Assembly (NCBI GenBank): GCA_963667845.2
Contig: CAXXVL010000002.1
Span: 1 to 64,000 of the forward strand
Origin: Smithellaceae bacterium
Lineage (GTDB): Bacteria > Desulfobacterota > Syntrophia > Syntrophales > Smithellaceae
Direction: 5' to 3'
DNA length: 64,000 nucleotides
Part shown: one piece after another, positions 1 through 8,455 of the stretch
Layout: each line of letters opens with the position of its first letter
Numbering within the stretch: position 1 is the stretch's first letter
Program-made: the position numbers and the translations under genes
The notes under the pieces: generated by a model
What the model saw: only the letters and a program-made list of their open reading frames with translations
Told to the model about the DNA's origin: nothing
Databases searched by the model: none

Positions 1-93
1 TACAAGGGCGGTGCCGATGGCTATCTCTATAAAGATGTTGATATCGATCGCTTCGGTGTATCCCTGCAAGCCACTATTAAATCCCTTTTTTAA
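1..93 (+). CDS. 3' end of a gene running in from the left edge, possibly a response-regulator receiver domain
   Basis: Frame 1 reads YKGGADGYLYKDVDIDRFGVSLQATIKSLF*; GADGYLxK resembles the C-terminal part of REC domains. Confidence 0.4.
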   Translation, partial: YKGGADGYLYKDVDIDRFGVSLQATIKSLF

Positions 94-331
94 TATCTAA
101 CCTGAAGGTGTGACTGGTCTGGTTCGTAAACCATATAGCGATATCTGACATCCTTGGCGATTACCACCCTATATTTCATCGTGAATTCTCACTAATTACC
201 GTTGGGAACAGAGTGTGCAGACAGGCTCCCCGGATTCTGGATTTCAGGAAGCTATACGAACTAAATTCTGCTTTTCTTATTGATGTTAATCAGTTGTACA
301 TTGCATGAGTTTTCATATTTTTGTTCTTTCG

Positions 332-1225
332 TCAAGGACTGTGTTGGCTGCAAACCGTTCGTTGCATAATCACCTCCATAGCTTTAAAGTAATCCCGCTG
401 TACTTTAAGATTTGATATACGACAGTAACGTTGCGTGGTCTTAACATTACTGTGCCCTAAAAGATCCTGGATGGTGGAGAGATCAGCATCGGCATTCAAC
501 ATCTGTGTGGCCATTGTGTGCCGGAGATGATGACAGGATAATTTAATCTTTGCTTTGCGGGCATAACGTTCCATGCGCCTCTGAATGCCGCGAATGGAGA
601 TAGGCTGCCCTTTGGATTCTCCCTTTTCGGACAGAAAGATTTTTCTTGCCCTAGATGCCGACCTTACTTTCAGGTAGCATGAAAGGGCTTGAAGAACATC
701 ATTGCTCATATAGACGATCCGGTCTTTTCCTCCCTTGCCGTCCTCAACCAAGATAGTTCTACGTTTGACGTCGATAACACCCATGGTAAGGTTGGCTACT
801 TCTTCCACCCTTAATCCGCAACGCAGCATCAGCATGAACATCGCTTTATCACGGTAACCTTTTACAACTTTAAAAAAGTCTTCCACCTGTTCGTCCCTTA
901 AATGCCGGGGTAAAGGACGAGACATCTTCTGGATGTGGCTTCTGCGTACAGGATTGATAATGGTTAATCCTTCTTCATCACGCAGGTAATGGTAAAACTG
1001 GCGAATACAGTTTACATGGCAGTTTATGGTCTTGGGAGCCAGCCTTTTCCTCATCAGGTGATCAATGTAGTGCGAGATCGTTAAGTGTGTCGCCTCCTCC
1101 AATGGAACATCCACCCAGATGGCAAAGTGCCTAATGATGTTCAGATAGTTTTTCACGGTATTGGGTGAGCAGTTTCTCCGTTTCAAAAACCGCCTCCAGT
1201 TCATGATCGTGTCGGTCATCATCAT
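332..1225 (-). CDS. Tyrosine recombinase (XerC/D-like integrase family)
   Basis: Motifs LRCGLRVEE, GKGGKDR, HHLRH, LLGH, TQRY. Confidence 0.92.
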   Translation of the reverse strand: MMMTDTIMNWRRFLKRRNCSPNTVKNYLNIIRHFAIWVDVPLEEATHLTISHYIDHLMRKRLAPKTINCHVNCIRQFYHYLRDEEGLTIINPVRRSHIQKMSRPLPRHLRDEQVEDFFKVVKGYRDKAMFMLMLRCGLRVEEVANLTMGVIDVKRRTILVEDGKGGKDRIVYMSNDVLQALSCYLKVRSASRARKIFLSEKGESKGQPISIRGIQRRMERYARKAKIKLSCHHLRHTMATQMLNADADLSTIQDLLGHSNVKTTQRYCRISNLKVQRDYFKAMEVIMQRTVCSQHSP

Positions 1226-2282
1226 TCTTGTTCCTCCTCTCTATCTTGGACATGGCTTTAAAATATTCTTCCTCCCGGGTCTTATCGGTAAGCTGGGCGT
1301 ATCGTCTCGTCTCTTCTATGGACCGGTGTCCCAGCAATACCTGCAGGCACTCCAGGCGCATGCCGGCATTGAGAAGCTCTGTGGCAAAGGTATGCCTGAG
1401 AGCATGAAGGCTATAACCCTTGTGAGTTAATCCTGCCTTTACTAGATATTTATGAAAGATCATCCAGGCGGCACTGTAGGACATCGTATCCGTTCCCCCA
1501 GAGGGGCTATAAAAGAGATACTCCTCCCAGGTGTCTCTCTCCTTCAACCATTTCCGCAAAGCAGAAACAGCATCCTCGCTGAGGTAGACCACTCTACCCA
1601 AACGGTTTTTTTCACCTTCGTAAATCTCGATATTCCGTTCCTTAATGTGGACATCCATTACCTTCGTGTTCAGCAGTTCGCCTATCCGCATTCCCGTTCG
1701 CAACAGAATCAGAATCATGGCCCGGTCTCGCGTGTCTTTAATGACGGAAAGAAACTTCCGCAAATCTTCCGGATCAATGGCTTTAGGCAGCCGTTCCGGT
1801 AATCGCAGTCGTATCCTCCTGCTGAATATATCCGAGGAAACAATCTCTTCCTCCATGAGGTAACGAAGAAAGGCCTGAACGCTCACAAGTTTTGTTCTTA
1901 TCGTTGTAATCTTATTGCCCCTGTCCTGCTCGTGCTCGATAAATGCCTCTATGTCTTTTCGTGTGATTTCTTCAAGGCGTGTCCTGCCGTTATCCCTGAT
2001 CATGCCAACAAAAATGACTATCGCTTCGTAACGGCTGTGCAATGTTCTTGGTTTGCGGTTACGTCTGGTCAGGTAGCGAAGATAACTCTCCACATGTTCC
2101 TTCCCCGGTAAACCCATTCCTGAAAGACGCTTCAGAATCTTGCCAAGGGCTTCTATGTTTTCCTCATGGTGGGATGTGAAACGCAATCTCGTTTGATGAT
2201 AATCAGGTGTCTTAACGGCGGGTGAGATTATGCTTTCAGATGATAAATCTGTCTTCTGTACTATACTCTCTATGTGGGTCAT
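1131..2282 (-). CDS. Tyrosine recombinase (XerC/D-like integrase family)
   Basis: Motifs LRTGMRIGE, EGEKNR, HALRH, LLGH, TRRY; 3' end overlaps the next recombinase. Confidence 0.92.
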   Translation of the reverse strand: MTHIESIVQKTDLSSESIISPAVKTPDYHQTRLRFTSHHEENIEALGKILKRLSGMGLPGKEHVESYLRYLTRRNRKPRTLHSRYEAIVIFVGMIRDNGRTRLEEITRKDIEAFIEHEQDRGNKITTIRTKLVSVQAFLRYLMEEEIVSSDIFSRRIRLRLPERLPKAIDPEDLRKFLSVIKDTRDRAMILILLRTGMRIGELLNTKVMDVHIKERNIEIYEGEKNRLGRVVYLSEDAVSALRKWLKERDTWEEYLFYSPSGGTDTMSYSAAWMIFHKYLVKAGLTHKGYSLHALRHTFATELLNAGMRLECLQVLLGHRSIEETRRYAQLTDKTREEEYFKAMSKIERRNKNDDDRHDHELEAVFETEKLLTQYREKLSEHH

Positions 2283-2450
2283 TTCTGCCTCCTTTTCTTA
2301 AATCATCAAGAAAAGCAGATAGATGATGACCAATATTTATTTATCTGTCAAACATCCACTTGGTACGTATAGCAGGAAGCAAGTCACGATTCGTGATCGT
2401 CTTTACACCTGCTCTCAAGAAAACTCCGTCTTCTTACATATATAAATAAA

Positions 2451-2648
2451 TTATATTGGAAGCCTAGAAACTCGCCTTTTCGTCAAGTTTGCAAGCACCC
2501 GTGCTTTTCCTTCCTCAGTTCGTGGCCCGGTGGATAATCCGCCATGATTCTTACAGCGCCCATTTTTATAAAGCCGGGTATTCTTACATGGCAAACCATT
2601 ACGAGTTTTTGCTCCGCATATTTCTTTTGGATTTTTCATATTATTCAT
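2451..2648 (-). CDS. HGGxSTG-domain protein (start uncertain)
   Basis: CGAKTRNGLPC...NGRCKNHGGLSTGPRTEEG. Confidence 0.75.
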   Translation of the reverse strand: MNNMKNPKEICGAKTRNGLPCKNTRLYKNGRCKNHGGLSTGPRTEEGKARVLANLTKRRVSRLPI

Positions 2649-2833
2649 ACCAAACCCCATGACGCGCGTGCGCGTGCGCGTATTTGAGGTCAAAATACTC
2701 GTTCATGTGCTGCGTGTTTTTTCATTATTTTGCTTTCAATGTTGAGTTTTGTGAACCTGTCATGGACTTCGTTCTTGTCCTCACTGAAGCATCGTATAGA
2801 ATAAATTCCGAGACCTTAACATTTATCAACATC

Positions 2834-3148
2834 TCATGGAGTTCGTTCACCCTCTGTGAAGATTTTTCGTTTCTTCCAGTTCAAAGACGCGCGTCTTTTA
2901 CCTCTTTTGGTTCGCGGCCCTGTACTTAATCCGCCGTGTAACTTGCAGCGCCCATTTTCATAGATTCCTTTTTGCCTGCAGGGGGTCCCGGCCCGTGTCT
3001 TAGCTCCGCATGTCATTCCCCGTAGTTCTTCCGGGAAAGGCGGCAGACTGACTGGTCTCATGTAACCTCGCTTTTCCCATTCCTCAAAAGCGAGGTTATG
3101 AGCTTTATACGACAGCTTCAAAAGTTTTCTGAGTTCCGGTGTGCTCAT
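2834..3148 (-). CDS. HGGxSTG-domain protein
   Basis: CGAKTRAGTPC...NGRCKLHGGLSTGPRTKRG; ATG at 3148 preceded by GGAG. Confidence 0.78.
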   Translation of the reverse strand: MSTPELRKLLKLSYKAHNLAFEEWEKRGYMRPVSLPPFPEELRGMTCGAKTRAGTPCRQKGIYENGRCKLHGGLSTGPRTKRGKRRASLNWKKRKIFTEGERTP

Positions 3149-3400
3149 GCTCAGGTCTCCAATCTTAAGGGGGTTCTTCCCGGAAGGCATAACCCGCCGG
3201 GAAGAGTTGATGGATTCATTAGCTGTATGAAATCCAAAAGACCCCGAATTTATCAAACATTCTTTGACAATGATTCTTCGCAAACTCTTTATTCATGCAT
3301 ATTTCTATCAAGGGGTAGTTGGTATTGGTCTTAGTATTAGTGCTGGTAATGGTATAAGTATTGCTATTAGTAAAAGTAATAGTATAAGATTTATTTATGT

Positions 3401-3910
3401 TCATGATACTTTGCCTTTTAAGTAATCAACAATGGAATAATGAAAGCACTTTGGCTTTTCAGTCCCGTCTGGAAACTTTGGTTTTACAGTTCTGACAACT
3501 GCTTCAAAAATACCGTTTTTAAATATTGCGGATGACATTCTGTCTTTACGACTGGGCTGAATATTGTTATTAGCGATCACCCATTGTTCAAAGTATTTTG
3601 ATCCACGCGGCACTTTCTTGAAAGGTTTACCGGTCTTCGTATCAATCAAATTCATTGCCATGAAAAGCTCCGTTTCATTGTATTGACCTGGATCAATAAT
3701 TTTAAATCTTAAAAACATTTTCAATGCTCTAAAATGTGAAGTTCCTTTCTCAGTCTTGATACAACAAACCTGATAAGTGCCTTCGGGAATAAGTGGTCGT
3801 GTTTCGTCGGCCACAAAACCTTCTTCTTTTTGCATATCAGCCGTTTTTCGCGCCTCACATACTTTTCGTAAGTGATCTACTTCGGCCTGCCAATCAACAA
3901 CATTTCCCAT
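3401..3910 (-). CDS. Hypothetical mobile-element protein
   Basis: 169-aa ORF co-oriented with element genes; no family recognised with confidence. Confidence 0.65.
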   Translation of the reverse strand: MGNVVDWQAEVDHLRKVCEARKTADMQKEEGFVADETRPLIPEGTYQVCCIKTEKGTSHFRALKMFLRFKIIDPGQYNETELFMAMNLIDTKTGKPFKKVPRGSKYFEQWVIANNNIQPSRKDRMSSAIFKNGIFEAVVRTVKPKFPDGTEKPKCFHYSIVDYLKGKVS

Positions 3911-3995
3911 GAACCCTTGTCAACCCCTTGCCCGATAATGTTATGTTGCTGGAAGCCCCATTTTGCCCGTATGCTGGAGCGAAAAAGGGGTATAT

Positions 3996-4280
3996 TTATT
4001 GCCGCACCGCTCTCATTTTTTCCATGTTATCCCCCGGCACAGTTTTTTTAGTGGTTCGCTTTACCCGGTTTTGATTGTATGCCATGAACGGATGAAGGGA
4101 GCAGTCGGAACATTTACAATCAACTTTACCGTCTGCGTAAAACCCAGCGCAATCATAGCAACGAGCAAGAACCGCTTGCTTTAAAGTCAGCCTCTGGCCG
4201 GAAAGATGTCTTAGTAATTCCTTTTGCCCCCGCGCTGTCTTGCCACTTCGGCGGATGTTTTTAATGCGCTCTTCGTTCAT
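3996..4280 (-). CDS. Small Cys-rich (putative Zn-binding) phage-like protein
   Basis: CYDC...CKCSDCSLHPF; overlaps upstream gene by 4 nt. Confidence 0.65.
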   Translation of the reverse strand: MNEERIKNIRRSGKTARGQKELLRHLSGQRLTLKQAVLARCYDCAGFYADGKVDCKCSDCSLHPFMAYNQNRVKRTTKKTVPGDNMEKMRAVRQ

Positions 4281-4534
4281 CGTGTCACCTCATCAAAGGT
4301 GATAGGACGTTTTTCCATAAAGTTCATAACATCCGGGGTACGATAACGGATTGAACGTTGAGAAACTTTCAGATAAGGCAAACCGCGCCGCAAGTGTCTG
4401 TCGTTTCGCAATGTCGAAACCGCCCGGCCCGTTATGGCCGAAACTTCAAATTCATTGAGAAACGGTTTTGTGATTAATTCGTTTGCCGGTGCAATTTGCA
4501 CGCGCCGCTTTCTGACTGCTGCATTCTGATTCAT
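4277..4534 (-). CDS. AlpA/excisionase-like helix-turn-helix protein
   Basis: FLNEFEVSAITGRAVSTLRNDR...GLPYLKV...SIRY, typical HTH_17/AlpA pattern. Confidence 0.8.
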   Translation of the reverse strand: MNQNAAVRKRRVQIAPANELITKPFLNEFEVSAITGRAVSTLRNDRHLRRGLPYLKVSQRSIRYRTPDVMNFMEKRPITFDEVTR

Positions 4535-4567
4535 ACTATACCCCCTAAAGTGATTTACAGTTGCGGG

Positions 4568-4602
4568 AAAAGAAAAACCCGTAAACTGTATGATTTACGG
4601 GT
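4568..4602 (-). terminator. Intrinsic terminator
   Basis: ACCCGTAAA-N8-TTTACGGGT stem followed by a U-rich tract on the minus strand, downstream of the 244-aa ORF. Confidence 0.55.
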
Positions 4603-4652
4603 ACATCTTAAGATCTAAAAGTATATAAGTCACTGAAGTCCAAATTTGGATT

Positions 4653-5387
4653 TCAGTTTCGTTTATTATTTCTCAATTTATTCAATATATTATAAACTTG
4701 GCGTTCATCATTAAATTTTGCTGCTGCCTCAATTTCGTCAATAACTTTCCTTTTTCCTCCACGTGGTAAGTTATCATAACCTTTGATACCACCATATTCT
4801 TTAAGAACATCCTTTGCTATATTCATCGTGCATTGGCCTACCTCAAGGCTATTCTGCCCTTGGGAATTTACATAGGACATTACTTTTCTTAATCTGGGCG
4901 TCCAATAACCGATGGCTTCATGTGATTTTTTGGAAATTGTAATGTCAAAAGAGTCTAATACTTCTAATAATTCCATCTCGTCCTCATCACCGTAATAATA
5001 ACACGCGTACAACGTCGCAATGAAAAAACAAAATTCAGCTAAATTCCGCAAACACTTTTGCTTGCTGATATCGTAATCAGAAGGATCGTAGGAGCCTTCC
5101 TGCATTCCGTCCATTTCGCCACTGTGGATTAGCTCTCTGTTTCTGGCAAACTGGGCAATACGCTCTTGTTCAGTCCATTCGGAAAATGGTTTTATTTTGG
5201 ATTTGCGTTTATCGTCTGTTGATTCATTGATCACAGATATAATCATACACCTGACTTCTTCATCCGTCGGCGGAGGTTTTTTGCGATAGCCATTGTCGTA
5301 CATGAGAAGGTTACAGCCTAACTGAATTATATTATCCAACCGCAGCCCAATGCTTTGCTTAACTAAATCATGATTGCTTTGCTCCAT
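4653..5387 (-). CDS. Hypothetical protein between integrase and AlpA-like gene
   Basis: 244-aa ORF with AAGGA upstream. Confidence 0.7.
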   Translation of the reverse strand: MEQSNHDLVKQSIGLRLDNIIQLGCNLLMYDNGYRKKPPPTDEEVRCMIISVINESTDDKRKSKIKPFSEWTEQERIAQFARNRELIHSGEMDGMQEGSYDPSDYDISKQKCLRNLAEFCFFIATLYACYYYGDEDEMELLEVLDSFDITISKKSHEAIGYWTPRLRKVMSYVNSQGQNSLEVGQCTMNIAKDVLKEYGGIKGYDNLPRGGKRKVIDEIEAAAKFNDERQVYNILNKLRNNKRN

Positions 5388-5417
5388 TGCTTTCCTTCTC
5401 GCAAGCCCTGTTGACTA

Positions 5418-5474
5418 AACCGGGAAAGCGAAAAGGGGTTCTTTCGCTTGTCGGCTGGCCTGCCTATTCCGGTT
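5418..5474 (-). ncRNA. Structured RNA resembling the int-alpA motif
   Basis: Minus strand AACCGGAAUAGGCAGGCCAGCCGACAAGCGAAAGAACCCCUUUUCGCUUUCCCGGUU folds as a three-stem junction, immediately after the integrase stop. Confidence 0.55.
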
Positions 5475-5482
5475 ATTCGATT

Positions 5483-6631
5483 CTATCTCTTTTCCTCTTT
5501 GTGAAGATCAATTACGTTCGTGCCTATCGCATCTGCAATGATTTGCCCGGCAAGTGTTGACGCATTCCTTAACGCATCATCCCTCAAATGAGCATATCTT
5601 TGCGTCATGATCGGGGACTTGTGCGTCAAGAGCTTTTGTAAAGTATATAAATCAACTTTGCCGCTTGACGCTAACATTGAAGCGTACGTATGCCGCAAGC
5701 CATGAAGGGCGCGGAAATTATCGGGTATGCCTGCCGCCTCTTTGATAGGATTCACGCGCCGCCGAATATCAGTGAAGGGTTCACCGTCCGGCCTCACAAA
5801 AACATTTTCAGCAGTCCGGGGATGATTCGCTAATACCTGTCTCGCCTGTTCGTTCAAGGGTATCTTTTGGGACACGCCGCCCTTCGGGTTCTTTATGGCA
5901 ATAAAGCCGCGCTGAAAGTCAATGTCATTCCATTTCAACTTGAACATTTCCCCGCGCCTCATACCCGTATATAAAGCAAGCCTCATAATGGCTTTAGCTT
6001 CAACATCCGTTGATTTATCAATTTCTTCCAGTAGCCGCTTTAACTGTTCGGGGTTTAAATCTTCTGTCTTTTGATTGTCCACTTTAACGGTTTCCATTCC
6101 AAAGCTCAAGTTCTTGCATAACTCCCGCGCCGCGCCATAATGGACTATTCTCTTGAGCAATCCCATAACGTGCTTGACGGTTTGAGGCTTTAAAGTCTTT
6201 AACAGTTTCATTCTCAAGCGATCAACATCGAGCCTGATTATTTCATGGGGTTCTTTGTCGCCAAAAGAAGGTTGAAGGTATTTTTCATAGCGGCCTTCGT
6301 CTGTATTAATTGCTTTGGAATCTGCCTTATTTGTCTTGTATTCATCCCACAGACGTTTAATTGTCATTTTACCGGCTTCTGCCTGCTTTGCGGCTTTTGT
6401 CAGTTCGCGCCTCTCTGTGTTGGACGGTTCGCCTTTTATTCGCGCCACCCGCATTTGATTCGCCTTTGCGGGCGTCATGTCATCAGCAGATTGAAACCCG
6501 GCTTTTTCTTCAACCTGCTTTCCCTTGCGTCGATAGAAAATATAGAAAATGCGTTCTTGCCGTCCGGCTTTGTTCACTTCAACATAATAGACACCCGGAT
6601 ACCTTGTCATGATCCTTTGTTGTTTTGGCAT
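5483..6631 (-). CDS. Site-specific integrase (tyrosine recombinase) of the element
   Basis: TGMRRGE, PKGG, HGLRH, LLTH, TQRYAH; N-terminal arm-binding-like region; ~200 bp from att. Confidence 0.93.
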   Translation of the reverse strand: MPKQQRIMTRYPGVYYVEVNKAGRQERIFYIFYRRKGKQVEEKAGFQSADDMTPAKANQMRVARIKGEPSNTERRELTKAAKQAEAGKMTIKRLWDEYKTNKADSKAINTDEGRYEKYLQPSFGDKEPHEIIRLDVDRLRMKLLKTLKPQTVKHVMGLLKRIVHYGAARELCKNLSFGMETVKVDNQKTEDLNPEQLKRLLEEIDKSTDVEAKAIMRLALYTGMRRGEMFKLKWNDIDFQRGFIAIKNPKGGVSQKIPLNEQARQVLANHPRTAENVFVRPDGEPFTDIRRRVNPIKEAAGIPDNFRALHGLRHTYASMLASSGKVDLYTLQKLLTHKSPIMTQRYAHLRDDALRNASTLAGQIIADAIGTNVIDLHKEEKR

Positions 6632-6644
6632 TGGACACCCCCAT

Positions 6645-6704
6645 TTCCCCCAGCATTTTTTTTAAAAAGCCGAAATCACTTTTTCCCCAGCACTATCCCC
6701 AGTA
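6645..6704. repeat. Three CCCCAGYA direct repeats, probable integrase arm-type sites
   Basis: TTCCCCCAGCA (6645), TTCCCCAGCA (6683), ATCCCCAGTA (6695) between integrase start and att core. Confidence 0.5.
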
Positions 6705-6833
6705 GACAAAACCAATATAAGGAAAAAGAAAAGTAAGTCAAGGTAAATCATATATTCGCTGATGGAATTGAGTTTGGTTGACTATAGGGGCTTAAAAGTA
6801 AATGAGGGGAAACAATAAGAAAAGGTTAAAATT

Positions 6834-6881
6834 CGGCCTCTCACGCCGGAAACCGGGGTTCAAGCCCCCGTGGGACTACCA
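6834..6881 (+). other. att site: 3' fragment of tRNA-Glu(CTC)
   Basis: CGGC-CTCTCAC-GCCG anticodon arm, CGGGG-TTCAAGC-CCCCG T arm, GGGACTACCA acceptor 3' end; no D arm or 5' acceptor strand upstream. Confidence 0.85.
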
Positions 6882-7201
6882 AAATGAAATCTGCAGCTTA
6901 ACAGGCACCTTAAAATCCATCATGGTCCGGGAAAATCATCAAACCCAGGTTCGACGATGGAGATGCGAACCGGGTATGGTTATGGGTTAAATATCCCGTA
7001 ATATTTTCCAAGTCCCGCCATAGATCAAAGCCGGTTAACATATCGGGCAAGAACAGGCAAGACAGGGAACTTAACTGCTCCTTAGATCAAGAAATTCATA
7101 TCTTTAAAAATGTAATTGAAAATAGGATACATGGATATATATTTCTCTTATTGAAACGGCATTCCCGGTCCGAACTTCAAGCAAAGTTGGATAAAAATTA
7201 C

Positions 7202-7618
7202 ATGAAATTCATTAGGTCTTTTTGGAAAACAATTATTTGGGTAGGCATTGTTTTGTTTTTATCGCTTACTTCGGGAGAAAGCCTGCCGCATCCGCGCTGG
7301 TTGATGTTTCCCCAGATCGATAAGGTGTTTCATTTTATTATGTATTTTGTTTTTGCGTTAGTGTTGATTCATGAGTTAAAACGCTCCGGCAAAATACCCC
7401 CGAAGTATGATGGAGATAGGATTATCCTGATCTCCGTTTTAATCGTAATCCTCTGGGGTGGAATTTTAGAGATACTGCAACAAATACCGGCTATCCACCG
7501 AGACTGTGATTTCTTTGACTTTCTGGCAAATGCTGCAGGCGCTGTTCTTGCTGCTGCATTCTATCGAATATTGGAACCGTTATTGGATAAGATAAACCAT
7601 CTTGTCATAAATTCGTAA
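7202..7618 (+). CDS. VanZ-family membrane protein
   Basis: DKVFHFIMY, EILQQ...R.CDFFDFLANAAG; hydrophobic segments. Confidence 0.8.
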   Translation: MKFIRSFWKTIIWVGIVLFLSLTSGESLPHPRWLMFPQIDKVFHFIMYFVFALVLIHELKRSGKIPPKYDGDRIILISVLIVILWGGILEILQQIPAIHRDCDFFDFLANAAGAVLAAAFYRILEPLLDKINHLVINS

Positions 7619-7696
7619 CGGTCTTTCCCGGAAAGCGCCGGGCTATCCCACAAATGACGTCCGCCCTTCCGTGGAATATGAGACGCAAAGTTCTCA

Positions 7697-7797
7697 GTCA
7701 ACAACCTCGCAACAAGCTATCGGGTTATGAAATGAACGTCATTATTTCGCAGCAAGCTTAGGAGAATTAGCGCTCGTCCCGCTTAAGCGGGATTCAA
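7697..7797 (+). repeat. ~100-bp three-hairpin dispersed element, copy A
   Basis: TCAACAACCTCG...TATGAAATGAACGTCATTATTTCGCAGCAAGC...GTCCCGCTTAAGCGGGATTCAA; aligns with seven other copies. Confidence 0.9.
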
Positions 7798-7829
7798 TAT
7801 GCCCGCGGGCAGTCCCGAGGGCGAGGTTT

Positions 7830-8096
7830 TTATCTTTCGTAAACAGCCACCACTGCGGTTTGGAAGTATGGGGCCCCGCTTCCTTTTCCCGCCCCCGGGC
7901 TCTGATACCAGTGACCGAAACGCTCGACCGTAGCAAACGGATGCGTGCCCGTACACAAAACGCTGCACGACCGAATTTCCTTAAAGTAAATCGTTTCATC
8001 CGGTTCTTCATCAGACGCCAGGTCCTCGGGCAGAATGATGTGGGAAACATCGATACCCTGAGTTTCTTTCTTATCCAGCCACTCTGAAATCGTCAT
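7830..8096 (-). CDS. Hypothetical protein, possibly frameshifted near 7888
   Basis: ATG at 8096 with GGAG upstream; an alternative frame gives a protein-like C-terminus. Confidence 0.55.
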   Translation of the reverse strand: MTISEWLDKKETQGIDVSHIILPEDLASDEEPDETIYFKEIRSCSVLCTGTHPFATVERFGHWYQSPGAGKGSGAPYFQTAVVAVYER

Positions 8097-8142
8097 GGTC
8101 TTTCTCCGTTTAGTCAAATAGACTTGGGGCCTATACACATTC

Positions 8143-8352
8143 CTAATTGTGATGCTGATGGCCCCGTTCTTTGCGGACAAAAAGCGCGCAGTCCGTTTCC
8201 GAGTTGTCGTAAACATCCACGGACGGCATGCGCGCCGACTTGAAGCCCATCGCCCGGCACCCGTAAGGAAAATCTGCCTCATGGGTAATAAAGAAATTCT
8301 CGCAGAAAAAACAATTAATGAGCGTTCCTGTATGTTCTTTTGAATCCGTCAC
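8143..8352 (-). CDS. Small Cys-rich hypothetical protein
   Basis: NCFFCENFFITH...FPYGCRAMGFKSARMPS...C. Confidence 0.65.
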   Translation of the reverse strand: MTDSKEHTGTLINCFFCENFFITHEADFPYGCRAMGFKSARMPSVDVYDNSETDCALFVRKERGHQHHN

Positions 8353-8455
8353 CGTACAAAACCTTAATAGCTGGATAGGCTGTAGACTATTAGACTGTCA
8401 GGCCAAAAGGATGAAAGCGAAGCACCGTCACGGACCTACAGCCTAATCGCCTTCC

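Larger units (their letters stand above)
1..6881. mobile_element. Right part of an integrative element (phage-satellite/genomic-island-like) inserted in tRNA-Glu(CTC); left end outside window
   Basis: Integrase next to a tRNA 3' fragment, AlpA/Xis-like gene, small phage-like ORFs all on the minus strand, visibly AT-richer than flanking genes. Confidence 0.75.

Noticed and set aside
6810..6881. Complete tRNA-Glu gene
   Set aside because: The 5' acceptor strand and D arm are absent; only the 3' 48 nt are present, so it is treated as an att site.
7660..7700. c-di-GMP-I riboswitch (GACGCAAAG)
   Set aside because: No upstream GCAAAC/GAAA hairpin and no complementary 3' strand; no co-oriented downstream gene.
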